Below, piece by piece: positions 27,892 through 35,138 of a DNA stretch of 47,794 nt. The first letter of the stretch is position 1. Each line of letters opens with the position of its first letter. The notes under the pieces were generated by a model that worked only from the letters and a program-made list of their open reading frames with translations, made no database searches and was not told the DNA's origin. This stretch comes from Candidatus Planktophila sp. (GTDB lineage Bacteria; Actinomycetota; Actinomycetes; Nanopelagicales; Nanopelagicaceae): assembly GCA_046070745.1 (NCBI GenBank), contig JBJTMX010000044.1:1-47794 (forward strand), given 5' to 3'. A program made the translations under genes and the position numbers.

Positions 27892-28575
27892 TTACCGTCT
27901 TTCGCAGTAAGTGAAGTTATGCATCAAAGTGAAGCCCATCCCTTGATAAAGTCGTTGCGCGCTCTCATTCTGATGGCGAACGCCTAAAGCTAGGTACTTC
28001 TCGCCCCATTGATCTCCGGCGATGAGAGTTTTCTGCATCAGCTCTTTGCCCAAACCTTTGCCACGCAGAGCTGTGTGCGTTGCCACGGATGAAATCACAA
28101 TACGACCAGATTCCCAGCGACAGAGCGCAGCCACTGCAGCCAATTTTCCATCTCTCATAATCTCGATCCATTGCAGAATTTCATCATTTCCTGGAAAAAC
28201 TGATGAATCTGGTGCATGTTCTTTCAAGAAGGTATCAATTTCGCCATCGGTAGAAGTCGTTGTTGCAATCTTTTCCCCTGCGGCCGTCGGAGCCCAGTAG
28301 CAATCCCATTCAACAATTGCGGTACATGATTCCGGGAGTGAGCCGACTGCTCTCGAATCAAGTGAGAAGCTCTTCCAATCCGATGGAATTACAGGCGATG
28401 AACCAATCGCGATTCCATAAATTCCATTATCTTCTCGGCCAGATGTGAAATTTCCTTTTTCATCTATTTCCGCACTGATGAAGTGGCTCTGTGGAACCCA
28501 CGTTGCGAAGAAAGGTGAGCCTGGATAAAGGCGCGAATACTCAGCTTCTGCTTTTGCGAAATCGGTCGTAATCAT
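27892..28575 (-). CDS. GNAT acetyltransferase
   Basis: VATHTALRGKGLG acetyl-CoA motif; NESAQRLYQGMGF. Confidence 0.85.
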   Translation of the reverse strand: MITTDFAKAEAEYSRLYPGSPFFATWVPQSHFISAEIDEKGNFTSGREDNGIYGIAIGSSPVIPSDWKSFSLDSRAVGSLPESCTAIVEWDCYWAPTAAGEKIATTTSTDGEIDTFLKEHAPDSSVFPGNDEILQWIEIMRDGKLAAVAALCRWESGRIVISSVATHTALRGKGLGKELMQKTLIAGDQWGEKYLALGVRHQNESAQRLYQGMGFTLMHNFTYCERR

Positions 28576-28587
28576 GTTCGTTCCAAC

Positions 28588-28632
28588 TCATTTCTCATCA
28601 GTGATGCATTGGATTCGTAGATTCTCGGCCAT
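28588..28632 (-). other. 14-aa leaderless mini-ORF / possible gene remnant
   Basis: TAAACT-N7-ATG then MAENLRIQCITDEK*; ends 12 nt before the GNAT start. Confidence 0.45.
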
Positions 28633-28661
28633 ATCCCAGAGTTTACCGATAGATTCTGATT

Positions 28662-29540
28662 ATGAACCAGGTTTTAAAAGATAGATTAATTTCAATCTTT
28701 TTGATGGTCTTTGCAGCTCTCTGGCTCTTGCCGATTCTCTGGACTATTTGGAGTTCGTTTCGTCCCTATTCGGACATCCTCAATAATGGTCTTTTGTCTC
28801 TGCCACATACTATGAACTTTGCGAATTACCACCAAGCACTTCAAAAAATGGCGATTGTGAAGTACTTCATTAATACTTTAATAATCCTGATTCCCAGCGT
28901 CTTTTTTATACTCTTCTTCGGAAGTTTGCTTGCCTTTGCAATCTCAAAGTATCGAATTAAATTTAAGAAAACGCTCTTGCTTACATTTACTGCAGGAAGT
29001 ATGTTGCCTGCACAATTTATTTACTATCCGATCTTCAAAATGTATATCGCCTTCGGAAGCGCCTTCGGCGACAAGACTTTGCTCTATGACAACTACATCG
29101 GAGTTGTCTTGGTGCATATTGCACTTCAAACGGGATTTGCAACATTTGTGCTTCATTCGCATCTTGAATCTATTCCTAAAGAACTATCGGAAGCTGCACA
29201 AGTAGATGGCGCTTCAGTATTAAGACATTACTTCTCGATAATTCTTCCGATGCTCCGCGCGCCGCTTGCTGCGCTCGGCATACTCTTGAGCGTCTGGATA
29301 TATAACGACTTTTTCTGGGCGTGGTCTCTTCTTAAACGCGATCAATTCTTTCCCATCACAACATCGCTCACCCGTGTTGGCGCTTTTAACCGAGTTATTC
29401 CAGATCAGGGAGTTTTAGCAGCGGGAGCAATGTTGGTTGCTCTGCCGTTACTAGTGCTCTACTTGACCATGAGACGCCACTTCAGCATGGGTGTAATGCT
29501 CTACCGCGCTAGACCAGCGGGTTCACATTCAGTGAGATAG
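28662..29540 (+). CDS. Carbohydrate ABC transporter permease (MalG/UgpE-like), orphan
   Basis: LLPILWTIWSSFRP, IPKELSEAAQVDGAS EAA loop, YNDFFW. Confidence 0.9.
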   Translation: MNQVLKDRLISIFLMVFAALWLLPILWTIWSSFRPYSDILNNGLLSLPHTMNFANYHQALQKMAIVKYFINTLIILIPSVFFILFFGSLLAFAISKYRIKFKKTLLLTFTAGSMLPAQFIYYPIFKMYIAFGSAFGDKTLLYDNYIGVVLVHIALQTGFATFVLHSHLESIPKELSEAAQVDGASVLRHYFSIILPMLRAPLAALGILLSVWIYNDFFWAWSLLKRDQFFPITTSLTRVGAFNRVIPDQGVLAAGAMLVALPLLVLYLTMRRHFSMGVMLYRARPAGSHSVR

Positions 29541-29996
29541 GACTTCAACTGCAAGCAGGTGATCTTCGACTTGTGGCAATCCACTTATCAAGAGAATGCC
29601 ACGCAATTTCCCTGAAGTCTCGGTCAGTGGAAATCCACCGCCGTGAATAGCATGAGTTTCGTCTTTCATGCCATGTACTTCATGCCAATCAATTTCCAAT
29701 TCTTCTGCCCGCACGCGTTCAAACATTGTTGAATGTCCCGTCATGCGAACAACATTTGCTTTACGTGTAATCCAACCCGCATGGGCATCATCTGCTCCCG
29801 GTAGCGCTTTGCGGAAAACCTCTTGGCCATCTAGTTCGACCGAGATAGTTATTGGGAGATTGCGACTGGCCGCTAGCAGTGCAGCTCTCTCCCCTACGCC
29901 AATAGCAATCTCGCCGTTCAACGTCTCAAATCGAGCCGACTCTTCCTGCTTGAGAATTTCAGAACTTGTGAAATTTCCGGTTGTTGGCTGCGACAT
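29529..29996 (-). CDS. Heme-binding GlcG/HbpS-like (UPF0303) protein
   Basis: WITRKANVV, HAIHGGGFPL, ISGLPQVEDH. Confidence 0.85.
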   Translation of the reverse strand: MSQPTTGNFTSSEILKQEESARFETLNGEIAIGVGERAALLAASRNLPITISVELDGQEVFRKALPGADDAHAGWITRKANVVRMTGHSTMFERVRAEELEIDWHEVHGMKDETHAIHGGGFPLTETSGKLRGILLISGLPQVEDHLLAVEVLSH

Positions 29997-30052
29997 GCGA
30001 CAACTATATGCACCTACTATCGTCGTGAGAAAGCCTGAGGTATGGTTTTGGC

Positions 30053-30541
30053 GTGCTTATTCGTGACGCAGTAGAGAGTGACATTTCTGCCATCACTGAA
30101 ATATTTAACTCTGTTATCGATTCATCAAATTCGGTCTACCGTGAAGAGCGCGTACCCGAGTCAGAGCGCACGGCATGGTTTCATGAGAAGCGCGATCACG
30201 GTTTTCCCATCATTGTCGCCGAAGCAGATGGGTTGGTCATTGGGTATGGAGGATACGGAACTTTTCGTGCTGCCCAGGGATATCGCCTCACGGTCGAACA
30301 TACGATTCATATCAATGAGGCACACCGCGGTAAAGGTTTAGGCAAAACCATTTTGGCAGAGCTCATCAAGCGGGCAACCGATGCAGGATTTCATATAATG
30401 ATAGGAGCCATCGATTCAGGAAACGAAAGCTCAATCAAACTTCATGAAAAGTTTGGCTTCACAGAATGTGCCCGCATTAAAGAAGTGGCCATTAAGCATA
30501 GCCAGTACCTTGACCTAGTTTTTGTAGAAAAGTTTCTATAA
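30053..30541 (+). CDS. GNAT N-acetyltransferase (Pat/MnaT-like)
   Basis: IRDAVESD, YRLTVEHTIHI, RGKGLG, NESSIKLHEKFGF. Confidence 0.88.
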   Translation: MLIRDAVESDISAITEIFNSVIDSSNSVYREERVPESERTAWFHEKRDHGFPIIVAEADGLVIGYGGYGTFRAAQGYRLTVEHTIHINEAHRGKGLGKTILAELIKRATDAGFHIMIGAIDSGNESSIKLHEKFGFTECARIKEVAIKHSQYLDLVFVEKFL

Positions 30542-30548
30542 ATTTTTT

Positions 30549-30875
30549 CTATCGAATATATGGACGAAGTTCTACCTTGCGATTACAGCAGAGCGAACCT
30601 TCCATTGCTAACTCGTGAGCCATCTCCGAAGTTTCTGCCTCGATAATCCAGAAGCCGCTATAGAACTCTGGGGAGTCGAAGAGTGAACCAGCTGTCACAT
30701 CACCTTTATTGGCGCGGTTATCAATCAATGTTGCAGAAGAGCAAGGTTGGATACCGGCGGCTGTAATCCAGTGGCCGTTACTCTGAAGCTTCTCGTTAAA
30801 TGCATCAATATGGTGCATCTCATCTGGGCTCGCTGGATTGTTCGGGCCATCGATAACAAAAATGATAAATCGCAT
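30549..30875 (-). CDS. YciI/DGPF-like protein
   Basis: IDAFNEKLQSNGHWITAAGI, EFYSGFWIIEA, KVELRP. Confidence 0.82.
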   Translation of the reverse strand: MRFIIFVIDGPNNPASPDEMHHIDAFNEKLQSNGHWITAAGIQPCSSATLIDNRANKGDVTAGSLFDSPEFYSGFWIIEAETSEMAHELAMEGSLCCNRKVELRPYIR

Positions 30876-30920
30876 GCGGGCTCCTCAACTTGACTAGGAG
30901 CAAAAGTATCAAACAAAATT

Positions 30921-31295
30921 CTATTTTGACTGATAGTAGAAATAGTAACTTCCCTCAACGGGATGACCATCCTCAGAGACGATTCGATACCTTACTTGGT
31001 ACCTACCTTGAGGTATTCCTAACTTTATTTTGCATGATATTCGAGCACCTCCAACTATCGTGCCACCGATATCTACCCGTTTGAGCTTAGAATCTACAAC
31101 CTTAATCTCATTCGGATTCTTATCACCAAAAGTCATGAGATTGCCATCAAATTCAATCCACACAAGCTTTGGCAAACCCTTAACAATCTGGTTACTCAAG
31201 GGCATGCTGGCTGTCAGCTGGGCATGAGCAATCGCCGCTTGAGGCGAAAATGTAAATGCAACTATTGCCATAACTGTGAATACTTTAATTTTCAT
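30921..31295 (-). CDS. copC: CopC family copper-binding protein
   Basis: Signal peptide then AIA|HAQLTASMP (N-terminal His); YRIVSEDGHPVEG. Confidence 0.9.
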   Translation of the reverse strand: MKIKVFTVMAIVAFTFSPQAAIAHAQLTASMPLSNQIVKGLPKLVWIEFDGNLMTFGDKNPNEIKVVDSKLKRVDIGGTIVGGARISCKIKLGIPQGRYQVRYRIVSEDGHPVEGSYYFYYQSK

Positions 31296-31305
31296 TGTGA
31301 ATGTA

Positions 31306-31331
31306 CCCCCAGCCGCGTGAACGACTGGGGG
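31306..31331 (-). other. Intercistronic RNA hairpin between ycnI and copC
   Basis: CCCCCAGUCG-UUCACG-CGGCUGGGGG 10-bp stem (one G-U) on the coding strand, no U tract. Confidence 0.65.
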
Positions 31332-31342
31332 CTGTTCCATTT

Positions 31343-31900
31343 CTACTTTGCTGTGGCCGCAACAGTTGTCACGGTTGGTGCAGGTCCATACTCAGTATCT
31401 TCTGTTGGAGCCATCTTTGATCCATCAGTAATGATCCACTGAAGGTAGAGCGGCTTCTTGCCAGGTGCGAAACAAGTCTGTGTTACTGGAAACGCAATGG
31501 TCTGAGGGGTTGCGCTCCAGGTCAGTTTCAAACCGAAATCGTAGAAAGTTCCATCGTCAATTGCGTGACCCAAGGTTTTGGCAGTCCAAGTGACTGTGTA
31601 ATTGAGTGGGGCATTCTTGGCATCTACTTCGGAACTTGCAACAACCGACGATTTGTATCCGTAGTGAAACTCTGGAGTTGGCTTTCCCGCGGCTGCAGGA
31701 ACTACTACTTTAAAGATACTGGTTGGGTACTTGACGTTGTTATATGTACAGCCATGGCCAAGTGAGAGCCAAAGTCGGCTCGACTGCCCTGCCACAAGCG
31801 TGTAGCCCTTCGATTGCGCTGAAACATGAGCCGATGCAGGCGATACGGATGCAACCAGCGTAATAAGGGCAGCAGAAATTATGAGTAATACTTTTTTCAT
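31343..31900 (-). CDS. ycnI: YcnI/DUF1775 family copper-binding exported protein
   Basis: ASA|HVS N-terminal His, GHGC, VTWTA, FPVTQTC, conserved W, PAPTVT. Confidence 0.85.
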   Translation of the reverse strand: MKKVLLIISAALITLVASVSPASAHVSAQSKGYTLVAGQSSRLWLSLGHGCTYNNVKYPTSIFKVVVPAAAGKPTPEFHYGYKSSVVASSEVDAKNAPLNYTVTWTAKTLGHAIDDGTFYDFGLKLTWSATPQTIAFPVTQTCFAPGKKPLYLQWIITDGSKMAPTEDTEYGPAPTVTTVAATAK

Positions 31901-31930
31901 TGGAAATCCTTTTTTTGAAGTAAAAGTGTA

Positions 31931-32044
31931 TTAGCGGGATTTCTTAGAGAAATACCACCAGGCAGCAATTGCGATAAGAGCTACTGCTGTTTCAAGAATG
32001 TGCGTTGAATGCACATGGAAGAAAGATTCGTGATTCATATTCAT
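31931..32044 (-). CDS. 37-aa His-rich single-TM microprotein (not in ORF track)
   Basis: MNMNHESFFHVHSTHILETAVALIAIAAWWYFSKKSR*; GGGAG RBS; ATGA overlap with the upstream stop. Confidence 0.72.
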   Translation of the reverse strand: MNMNHESFFHVHSTHILETAVALIAIAAWWYFSKKSR

Positions 32045-32538
32045 ACAATCTCCCTGGTAGGTGGACCTCTAAATAGTCGAGATGAATAAAAAAGATGAGA
32101 AATTGACAATCGCGTTTCAACTTGGTTAGCGCAGATATAAAAAACTTTAAGCGAAATGACTCTGAAAATCGACATGAAGAAAACATGAGCAAGTCCTGCG
32201 AGGAACTCCCAGAATCGATCAAAATGAACAACTGTTTTGTACGAAATTATTCCTGCTAATAAATGTGCCCCGCTCATCTGGACATCATTAGATTTGTCCG
32301 CTCCTCCGAGAATAAAGTGACCAGAGCTCTGGAGAATCAAAATCATGAGTGCTAGTTGAGGTCCTTCATGAGAATGATTTCTTGTGAGGAAGAGGCTCGC
32401 ACCGATTAATCCTGACAGTACAAGAAATCGATGAATTTCTATGACTGCACCACCTGAAAGTAGGTGAGCCAAGATTCCTGATAAAAAAAGGACGAGCGAC
32501 TTGGTGAAGTTATCACATTTCGCCGTTACAGGAAGCAT
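32041..32538 (-). CDS. His-bearing membrane protein with C-terminal RGPP motif
   Basis: AHLLSGG, QSSGH and MSGAH in TM segments; ends RLFRGPPTREIV; TATCAT-N6-ATG. Confidence 0.78.
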   Translation of the reverse strand: MLPVTAKCDNFTKSLVLFLSGILAHLLSGGAVIEIHRFLVLSGLIGASLFLTRNHSHEGPQLALMILILQSSGHFILGGADKSNDVQMSGAHLLAGIISYKTVVHFDRFWEFLAGLAHVFFMSIFRVISLKVFYICANQVETRLSISHLFYSSRLFRGPPTREIV

Positions 32539-32597
32539 GGCTTCATGATAGTTCAGTATGAAATGTTCATTGGAGACTTACCTGATAGCGTTTTCAT

Positions 32598-33191
32598 ATG
32601 GCGACACTTGAATCCATGTTGGCATCGCCCGATCAATCCACGCGGCTGAAAGCAGCTCTCGGCGCTGGCACCTATCCACAACCCGAATACATCGAAATTC
32701 TTATCAACCAATGTTCGCACGAGCCTGACTTCTTTGTGCGAGACACACTTTCCTGGGCGCTCTTGATGCACGACCACAACTCTGTAGTAAGTCGCCTCAT
32801 TCCAGAGCTAGCTTCTGCGAACAAGCAAGCAAAGAGTCAAGCAATTCATACTCTCTCAAAAATCGGCGACAAGAGAAATTTCAATCTTATCTCCGATGCG
32901 ATGTTATTTGATCCGGATGATTTGATTGCCTCGACCGCCTGGCGAGCAGCCTCTGTACTAGTTCCGGAAGAAGACAAGCCGGCACTTGTCGCCAAGCTTG
33001 TTACTCAGCTGGGTCGTGGAGACTCAGATCTCCAATTCGCACTCACCCGCTTCCTCTGCGCTATTGGAGAATCTATAGTTGTGCCACTGAAGCAAGCAGC
33101 AAAAAGTAAAGAACCTGACATACAGCAGCAGGCCGAGTTCACCTTGATTCGATATCAAGAGATGAAGCGAGAGCAGAGAGAGAAGCGGTAA
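32598..33191 (+). CDS. HEAT-repeat protein
   Basis: RLKAALGAGT, EPDFFVRDTLSWAL, SQAIHTLSKIGD. Confidence 0.85.
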   Translation: MATLESMLASPDQSTRLKAALGAGTYPQPEYIEILINQCSHEPDFFVRDTLSWALLMHDHNSVVSRLIPELASANKQAKSQAIHTLSKIGDKRNFNLISDAMLFDPDDLIASTAWRAASVLVPEEDKPALVAKLVTQLGRGDSDLQFALTRFLCAIGESIVVPLKQAAKSKEPDIQQQAEFTLIRYQEMKREQREKR

Positions 33192-33196
33192 TTATC

Positions 33197-33670
33197 ATGG
33201 GCGCGGTGAAAAAAATTGCAGGCGGAAAGCTGATTGGCGTTAAGACAAGCACCTACACAATTTTCAATCAAGAAAAATATGATCCGAAAGTTATTCCTGC
33301 GGCATGGAGTTTATTCTTCGAGCAATATCGTCAATCCTCGCTACCTCACTCAGCAATTTTTTATAGCGCCGCGATTCCAAGCATGTCCTTTGATATTCCA
33401 ATGGATTATTACGCAGGAGCAATATTTGAAGAGAGTGTTGAAGTTCCTGTTGGATTTGAATCGGTATCTATCCCTGAGGGCAATTACTTCTGTGTCACAC
33501 ACAATGGACCAATTTCAAACCTTGCTGCAACCTTTGCTCAAGCCTATGGAGTTGAACTTCCAGAATCTCAGGCAGAGATGAGAAATGCCCCTCACTTGGA
33601 AATCTATAACTCAGATAAGGATCCGATGGCTGAGGAATATTCGATGGAGCTTGGGATTCCGGTCCAATAA
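33197..33670 (+). CDS. GyrI-like small-molecule-binding protein
   Basis: IPEGNYFCVTHNGP, HLEIY, ELGIPV. Confidence 0.82.
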   Translation: MGAVKKIAGGKLIGVKTSTYTIFNQEKYDPKVIPAAWSLFFEQYRQSSLPHSAIFYSAAIPSMSFDIPMDYYAGAIFEESVEVPVGFESVSIPEGNYFCVTHNGPISNLAATFAQAYGVELPESQAEMRNAPHLEIYNSDKDPMAEEYSMELGIPVQ

Positions 33671-33695
33671 TCCCGGTTGTGGAAAGTTTCAACTG

Positions 33696-33767
33696 TGGGC
33701 GGCGAGGGGTTCGAACCCCCGACATCCTCGGTGTAAACGAGGCGCTCTACCACTGAGCTAGCCACCC
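33696..33767 (-). tRNA. trnV: tRNA-Val(TAC), CCA not encoded
   Basis: GGGTGGCTAGCTCAGTGGTAGAGCGCCTCGTTTACACCGAGGATGTCGGGGGTTCGAACCCCTCGCCGCCCA cloverleaf. Confidence 0.97.
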
Positions 33768-33888
33768 GGCTATGTATTGCTCGCGAATAGTACTTTATGA
33801 AGGCCGTAATCTAAAAACCGGCTGAAAATACGCGGGGAATATACATATTCGTCATCGCGATGTAACCCGCAAGGTTTAGAGTTTTGCC

Positions 33889-34125
33889 ATGGCACTCTTT
33901 CAAATGCAGATCACCCTCCCAGACCGTCCCGGCTCATTAGGCGCAATCGCTTCAGCAATTGGTGCTGCAGGCTGCGATATCCGCGAACTTATTGTTGTGA
34001 AGTCAGAAGATGGCAAGGGTTACGACGACATTACGGTCGCAGTGCCAGGCACCGATCCTTCAGATTTGGTGAGCGTCCTCAACTCCATTGGCGGCGTTGA
34101 TGTGATCGGCATTAAGCCGCTTTAA
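33889..34125 (+). CDS. Stand-alone ACT domain protein
   Basis: LPDRPGSLGAIASAIGAAGCDI. Confidence 0.88.
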   Translation: MALFQMQITLPDRPGSLGAIASAIGAAGCDIRELIVVKSEDGKGYDDITVAVPGTDPSDLVSVLNSIGGVDVIGIKPL

Positions 34126-34137
34126 ATTTTAAATTGA

Positions 34138-34596
34138 TTACAGTGCAGCGAGCGCAGCTTTGTAATCATCGTTGCTTCGAGCATCGCCAAGTCCATTGAC
34201 CACGCTCCAACGAATGATTCCTTCCTTATCAATCACAAATGTTCCGCGAAGTGCGCACCCGCGTGCTTCATCAAAGATTCCATATGCAGTTGCTACTGCT
34301 CCATGTGGCCAGAAATCTGCAAGAACTGGGAACTTGTAACCCTCTTGCTCTGCCCAGACGCGCTGTGTGTACATCGAGTCACACGAGACTGCAAGAAGTT
34401 CAACGTTGTCATTCTGAAAGGCAGAGAGATCATCGCGCATCGCACAGAGTTCGCCTGTGCATGTTCCTGTAAATGCAAAAGGAATAAAGAGGAGCACGAC
34501 GTTCTTCTTGCCCTTAAAGGATGCAAGAGAAACTTTATTTCCGTGCTGATCGTTAAGTTCGAAGTCTGGTGCTGCTGTTCCGAGTGAAAGAGTCAT
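34138..34596 (-). CDS. ahpE: Peroxiredoxin (AhpE type)
   Basis: PFAFTGTCTGELC and DFWPHGAVA motifs. Confidence 0.92.
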   Translation of the reverse strand: MTLSLGTAAPDFELNDQHGNKVSLASFKGKKNVVLLFIPFAFTGTCTGELCAMRDDLSAFQNDNVELLAVSCDSMYTQRVWAEQEGYKFPVLADFWPHGAVATAYGIFDEARGCALRGTFVIDKEGIIRWSVVNGLGDARSNDDYKAALAAL

Positions 34597-34622
34597 GCGG
34601 CGAGAATAACTTACTTAGCCAA

Positions 34623-35015
34623 CTATCTCTTCACGGATTTGCGAGCGACAAAACGTGTGGCGGTCCAATCAGGTGCGACCGATATGGTTGAAGTCTGCGA
34701 AAGTCCTGCGTTAGGTGCAGCGCTTTGAATGTCACTGGGCTCCACATGGCCATCGCGTCCGGCCTTTGGAGTTAATAACCAGACTGGACCGGTATCGGTC
34801 AGATAGGTGAGTGCATCTACGAGTTCATCTTCAAGGTCACCATCGTCTTCACGCCACCAGATAATGACTGCATCGACTACCTCTGAGGTGCTCTCTTCAA
34901 TCAGGGGCGAGCCCACTAATGTTGCGATCGCCGACCTGAGGTCTCCATCAGAATCTTCCCCGCGACCGATCTCGAGTACGAGCTCTCCCGGCTCAAAGCC
35001 CATGCGCGCTGCCAC
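34623..35015 (-). CDS. DUF3052 protein
   Basis: WWREDDGDL, WLLTPKAGRDGHVEPSDI; start GTG 35015 or ATG 35003. Confidence 0.88.
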   Translation of the reverse strand: MAARMGFEPGELVLEIGRGEDSDGDLRSAIATLVGSPLIEESTSEVVDAVIIWWREDDGDLEDELVDALTYLTDTGPVWLLTPKAGRDGHVEPSDIQSAAPNAGLSQTSTISVAPDWTATRFVARKSVKR

Positions 35016-35138
35016 TGGATAAGTGCAGTAGATACTGGCCAGTTTCGCAAGGGTTTGCGGGAAAAGAAGCTGGCAGGCGTAATGGGATTCACGCCCATCT
35101 ATTTTGCCTAGGACCCCCAATCGAGCGAGAATATGCCT

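Noticed and set aside
30024-30066. Possible mini-ORF VRKPEVWFWRAYS after TACTAT
   Set aside because: Only a 4-nt spacer, overlaps the GNAT promoter and start, no other support
31303-31331. TACCCCC...GGGGG as a CsoR operator
   Set aside because: Spacer too long, no GGGGTA half-site, and G-U pairing indicates an RNA hairpin
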